Virus record (IMG/VR): IMGVR_UViG_3300020050_012045
Span: 94,597 to 158,596 of that record
Length of the DNA: 64,000 nt
Direction: 5' to 3' (one strand)
Source of the DNA: a virus
Taxonomy: Duplodnaviria; Caudoviricetes
How positions within the stretch are numbered: the first letter of the stretch is position 1; each line of letters starts with the position of its first letter. Made by a program: the position numbers and the translations under genes. Below the pieces are notes generated by a model that saw only the letters and a program-made list of their open reading frames with translations, did not search any database and was not told where the DNA came from. Positions 62,527 through 64,000 of this stretch are shown in pieces.

Positions 62527-64000
62527 ATGCTCGTTCTCAAGTCAGTTGAACTCGAAAACTTCCGCTCCTGCCTTGACTATCAAATCGTAGACAACTTGCC
62601 ACCTACCGGCCTGATTGGTATGGACGGTCTTAACCGTTCAACAGGCGGATCTTCGGCTTCAGGTAAGTCGACTTTCCTGTATGCAATCTCAACGATTATA
62701 GGCATCTGTCCGGTTCCAGCGAGTGAAAATCAGTCTATTTTTACTAAATCAAAGGCTGGTTTGTGTGGCCACTTCCTGGACACTGAAACTGGCAAGGATA
62801 TCGCTATCACCGTAGGTAAGAAGCCTATGGTCACTGAAGATGGCGTCGTGGTTAAGCAGGGTACAACCGAGGTCAATGAGTATGTTAAAGCGATGTTTGG
62901 CGGGTTATCGTCAGATGTTTTGAAGGGTTTGTGCTTTCGGGCACAGGACGAAGGTGGATTATTCACCGGAGTAGCAGCGGCGGATCGTCAACGGTTCTTA
63001 GTGAAAGTCTTAGGGCTTGAGACCTACGAAGCTGGTCTTAAAAAACTCAAAACTAACTTGTCGGACTTGACGGTTAGAATTGGAAATCAGGAGGCAACCG
63101 CACAAGTTTGTACGACTAATCTACCCCCAAAACCGTCATATCCAGCCATGGTGACGTTACCAGACATAGAGCCGGTCAAAGCAGAGTGCTCACAACTAAA
63201 GGGTCAGATTACTGACCTGGCTGCTGTTATCGACGAAGAGCAACTAAAATCTCAAGACGTTATCTGGAGAGCCCAAAAACAGCTTGTTGAACTCAGACCA
63301 AGCAAACGAAACCTAGATATAGCAGTGCAAGAGAGTGAAACCAAGGTTCGCTCCCTGGCTGTTGGCGAGTTTACTGGTCTGACTCTTGAGGTCACCACTG
63401 CCAAGGAAAAGCTTAAAACGTTCCTGGAGCAGAAGCACAAGCGAGTTTCGGCATTCGAGTCAGACAAAAAAGAGGCAAGCAAGGTGGTTAAGGAACTCAG
63501 CCGGCTTGAGTTCGAGATTGCCAACAAGAAAAGTTCCATTGAGCGCAAACAGAAGCAGGTCGACGATACCAATGAAGAAATCGTTCAGCTAAGCAAGGAA
63601 ATTTGCCCCACATGTACCCAGGTGTGGCCACCCAACCAGGCTGGGAACGCCATAGGTCAAGCATCTGTTCGGTTGTCTCACCTGACAACTCAGCTAGAAA
63701 ATGAAGCTAAGGAACTGGCCAGACTAAACGAAGAGCGCACTCTTCTTCCAGTTCCAGACATGGAAGCTTTAGAGCTTGCCAGTCGTAACTTCACATCCAA
63801 AGCAAACGAGATTGAAGGTCAGCTCAGAAATGCGATTGAAAGCGCTAGTCAGAAAGTGTCCGCTTTTTTGGTGGAACTTGAAAAGCGAGTATCTGACGAA
63901 CGTCTTAAATTCGCTGATCGAGCGTCAGCGATTGACAAGGAGATTCAAACGCAAGAACAAGTCGTTGCCCAAGCTTTAGACAAAACCAACGAACAAAAGC
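62527..64000 (+). CDS. SbcC/Rad50-like ATPase, runs off right edge
   Basis: LKSVELENFRS, G.N...GSSASGKST, coiled coil, CPTC zinc hook near 63604; absent from ORF track because no stop in window. Confidence 0.88.
   Translation, partial: MLVLKSVELENFRSCLDYQIVDNLPPTGLIGMDGLNRSTGGSSASGKSTFLYAISTIIGICPVPASENQSIFTKSKAGLCGHFLDTETGKDIAITVGKKPMVTEDGVVVKQGTTEVNEYVKAMFGGLSSDVLKGLCFRAQDEGGLFTGVAAADRQRFLVKVLGLETYEAGLKKLKTNLSDLTVRIGNQEATAQVCTTNLPPKPSYPAMVTLPDIEPVKAECSQLKGQITDLAAVIDEEQLKSQDVIWRAQKQLVELRPSKRNLDIAVQESETKVRSLAVGEFTGLTLEVTTAKEKLKTFLEQKHKRVSAFESDKKEASKVVKELSRLEFEIANKKSSIERKQKQVDDTNEEIVQLSKEICPTCTQVWPPNQAGNAIGQASVRLSHLTTQLENEAKELARLNEERTLLPVPDMEALELASRNFTSKANEIEGQLRNAIESASQKVSAFLVELEKRVSDERLKFADRASAIDKEIQTQEQVVAQALDKTNEQK

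Noticed and set aside
1-64000. Stop-codon reassignment, tRNA genes, reverse transcriptase/retron/DGR
   Set aside because: Core genes are full length in code 11; no cloverleaf/T-loop or RT motifs were seen by eye (tRNAscan not run)

Overview
This 64 kb window is part of a large tailed dsDNA phage genome with dense code-11 coding and no rRNA, tRNA or CRISPR array that I could see. The head module resembles SPO1/Twort-type (Herelleviridae-like) myoviruses. It has large and putative small terminase, an intein-containing portal, a prohead protease fused to extra domains, a scaffold, the major capsid protein (MCP) and neck/adaptor proteins. Other modules cover replication and repair (ATP-dependent ligase, SF2 helicase, SbcCD-like nuclease, HTH initiator next to a repeat-containing origin), nucleotide metabolism (ThyX, dNMP kinase, HAD nucleotidase), a phage sigma factor, GroEL with GroES, and ClpP. 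Many small genes are driven by sigma70-type promoters that appear to give leaderless transcripts. Three things stand out. (1) A set of late-expressed multi-enzyme polyproteins carries Nudix, GNAT x3, PI3/4-kinase-like x2, an ADP-ribosyltransferase, ParB-like, a degenerate mCpol-like domain and a lytic transglycosylase, with a GGDEF cyclase encoded alongside. Their domains are separated by the same [LIVMF]-x-K|[SATG] motif found at the MCP maturation site, suggesting capsid-packaged effector cargo released by the prohead protease. (2) A 400-bp element beside the putative origin is built from hairpins capped on the minus strand by cGNAg and cGATAg loops, the signature of a folded ssDNA. (3) A conserved ACAATCTTT late-promoter motif fits a sigma factor that lacks region 4.2. 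All assignments come from visual motif recognition; no searches were run.
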